This document shows positions 34,555 to 35,577 of a stretch of 35,577 nt of DNA, in pieces. A program made the translations under genes and the position numbers. The DNA comes from a virus (lineage: Duplodnaviria > Caudoviricetes): IMG/VR virus record IMGVR_UViG_3300027819_000037, positions 1 to 35,577 of that record; one strand, 5' to 3'. The notes below the pieces were generated by a model. That model was not told the origin of the DNA and ran no database searches. It saw nothing but the letters and a program-made list of their open reading frames with translations. Position 1 is the first letter of the stretch, and every line of letters begins with the position of its first letter.

Positions 34555-34901
34555 ATGAACTCCTGCATGCAGATTTCCACGCACCGTTGCGCCGTCATTT
34601 CCTTCGACTCGTTGTAGTATTCCTCGCTCGTCAGCAGATGCTTCACGGCGAGTACGGCGCGCTGGCGCATCTTCTCGACGAGGATTGCGCGATTGCCGTA
34701 GACATCCTCCCGAGCTTCGCAGGCGAATCCAGAGCGGGCGATTGCCTCGCCGACCCGTTTCGCCGTCTCGCTGTCCAGGGCGACCCAGCGCACGGGGTTC
34801 TGGAAGGTGAGGACGACCCGATCCCCGTGCGCGCCGACGGCAATGGTGTCCGTGCCGGGGCCGTCCAGGGAGACTTCGGGGAGAGGAGGATGGGCGCTCA
34901 T
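34551..34901 (-). CDS. Hypothetical protein inside the sugar operon
   Basis: 116 aa from MSAHPP; ATGA/GTGA overlaps on both sides. Confidence 0.7.
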   Translation of the reverse strand: MSAHPPLPEVSLDGPGTDTIAVGAHGDRVVLTFQNPVRWVALDSETAKRVGEAIARSGFACEAREDVYGNRAILVEKMRQRAVLAVKHLLTSEEYYNESKEMTAQRCVEICMQEFM

Positions 34902-35521
34902 TTGAAGATTTCCAGCGTTGAGAGATCGGGGTAAGGATCGTTCGCCAGCGGCGCGTTGTGCTTGGGCAGCGAGTAGAGCCTCAGTAAGCCCTGCGCTGCG
35001 GTGCTCGGGTTCATGTACGCGTGCCAGCCGATCATGTCGAACTTGTCGTCCTTGGGCGCGACGCCTTCGGTGCGACCATCGAAGCGGGCCCTGCGTAACC
35101 AAGGATCAGCCTCGGCATCGTTGTGCAGGATTGCGCCGCCCTGTTCCAGGCCGAGGGTCTTCGATGCGTGAAAGGAAACGCAGACCATCGCCGGATCGGT
35201 GCAACTGCGAGTCAGGGTGTTGAACAGGCCAGAAGTGAACCAGCGCGCCGAGTCCCAAATCGCGTAGGGATCAAGCCGGTAGGCGCCTGACCAATCTTCA
35301 TCCCGAAACACCGGCCAGAGTCCGGCCTTGCGTGCGGCTATGGGAACGCTGATGTAGGTGCGGCGCGGGATTGATACGCGCGCCCCACGATAGAACCTCG
35401 CCTGCCACTCCAAGGCAAGGGTCAGCGCCATGGTGCAGGAATTAACACAGACGGCGAACGGCGCTCCGGTGTACTCGCACAGGGCGGCCTCGAAGTCCTT
35501 CGTGACCTGGTGCGGGTTCAT
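34898..35521 (-). CDS. DegT/DnrJ/EryC1/StrS (PseC-like) PLP aminotransferase, short form
   Basis: FEAALCEYTGAPFAVCVNSCTMAL, TYISV, DSA, SFHASKTL (PLP Lys) and GGAIL motifs; ATG 35521 overlaps an upstream stop. Confidence 0.88.
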   Translation of the reverse strand: MNPHQVTKDFEAALCEYTGAPFAVCVNSCTMALTLALEWQARFYRGARVSIPRRTYISVPIAARKAGLWPVFRDEDWSGAYRLDPYAIWDSARWFTSGLFNTLTRSCTDPAMVCVSFHASKTLGLEQGGAILHNDAEADPWLRRARFDGRTEGVAPKDDKFDMIGWHAYMNPSTAAQGLLRLYSLPKHNAPLANDPYPDLSTLEIFK

Positions 35522-35577
35522 ATCCACCGCCCGTCGCCCTGGTTGTCCTGCGGCGCCAATTCCGCGGCGGGTCCACT
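35518..35577 (-). CDS. 3' end of an upstream gene (truncated by the window)
   Basis: Open frame ...SGPAAELAPQDNQGDGRWI* ends in an ATGA overlap with the aminotransferase. Confidence 0.45.
   Translation of the reverse strand, partial: SGPAAELAPQDNQGDGRWI

Larger units (their letters stand above)
1..35577. mobile_element. Podovirus-like phage/prophage genome segment (BPP-1/T7-like virion module)
   Basis: Ordered terS-terL-portal-scaffold-capsid-tail tube A/B-ejection proteins-fibres-lysis; no tape measure or sheath; no host housekeeping gene, integrase or att site seen in the window. Confidence 0.95.

Noticed and set aside
30040-35521. DNA hypermodification as the purpose of the sugar operon
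   Set aside because: No base hydroxymethylase, DNA glycosyltransferase or nucleotide kinase is seen, and the only transferase candidate is in the virion module. Not excluded, because replication genes are outside the window.
30040-35521. Serotype-conversion or host O-antigen locus
   Set aside because: No GtrABC, Wzx/Wzy or membrane glycosyltransferase in view. Supplying sugar to host transferases remains a secondary possibility.
1-35577. CRISPR array, tRNA, rRNA, IS element or integrase
   Set aside because: No regularly spaced repeats, cloverleaf, transposase or recombinase motifs seen by eye.

Overview
The window is most of a GC-rich, short-tailed (podovirus-like) dsDNA phage or prophage genome with a BPP-1/T7-like virion module. 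The + strand (1-28758) carries small accessory ORFs and a PD-(D/E)xK nuclease, then terS, a ~4.2 kb block of eight extra genes, terL, portal, scaffold, major capsid, tail tubular proteins A/B, three ejection proteins (the last LPD38-like), two tail fibres and a holin/SLT endolysin/Rz-Rz1 lysis cassette. The - strand (28763-35577) carries a tightly coupled operon for CMP-nonulosonic acid (pseudaminic-acid-like) synthesis and tailoring: DegT/PseC-like, PseF-like, GNAT, PIG-L deacetylase, NeuB/PseI-like, B12 radical SAM and WbqC. This operon runs straight into small phage-type ORFs. The main hypothesis is a phage-encoded virion glycosylation system. A gene overlapping terL (6544-7452) has the motifs of CstII/Maf-type CMP-nonulosonate transferases, and three small Ser/Thr-rich head-module proteins are plausible O-glycan acceptors. 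All assignments come from reading motifs and gene order by eye; no database searches were run.
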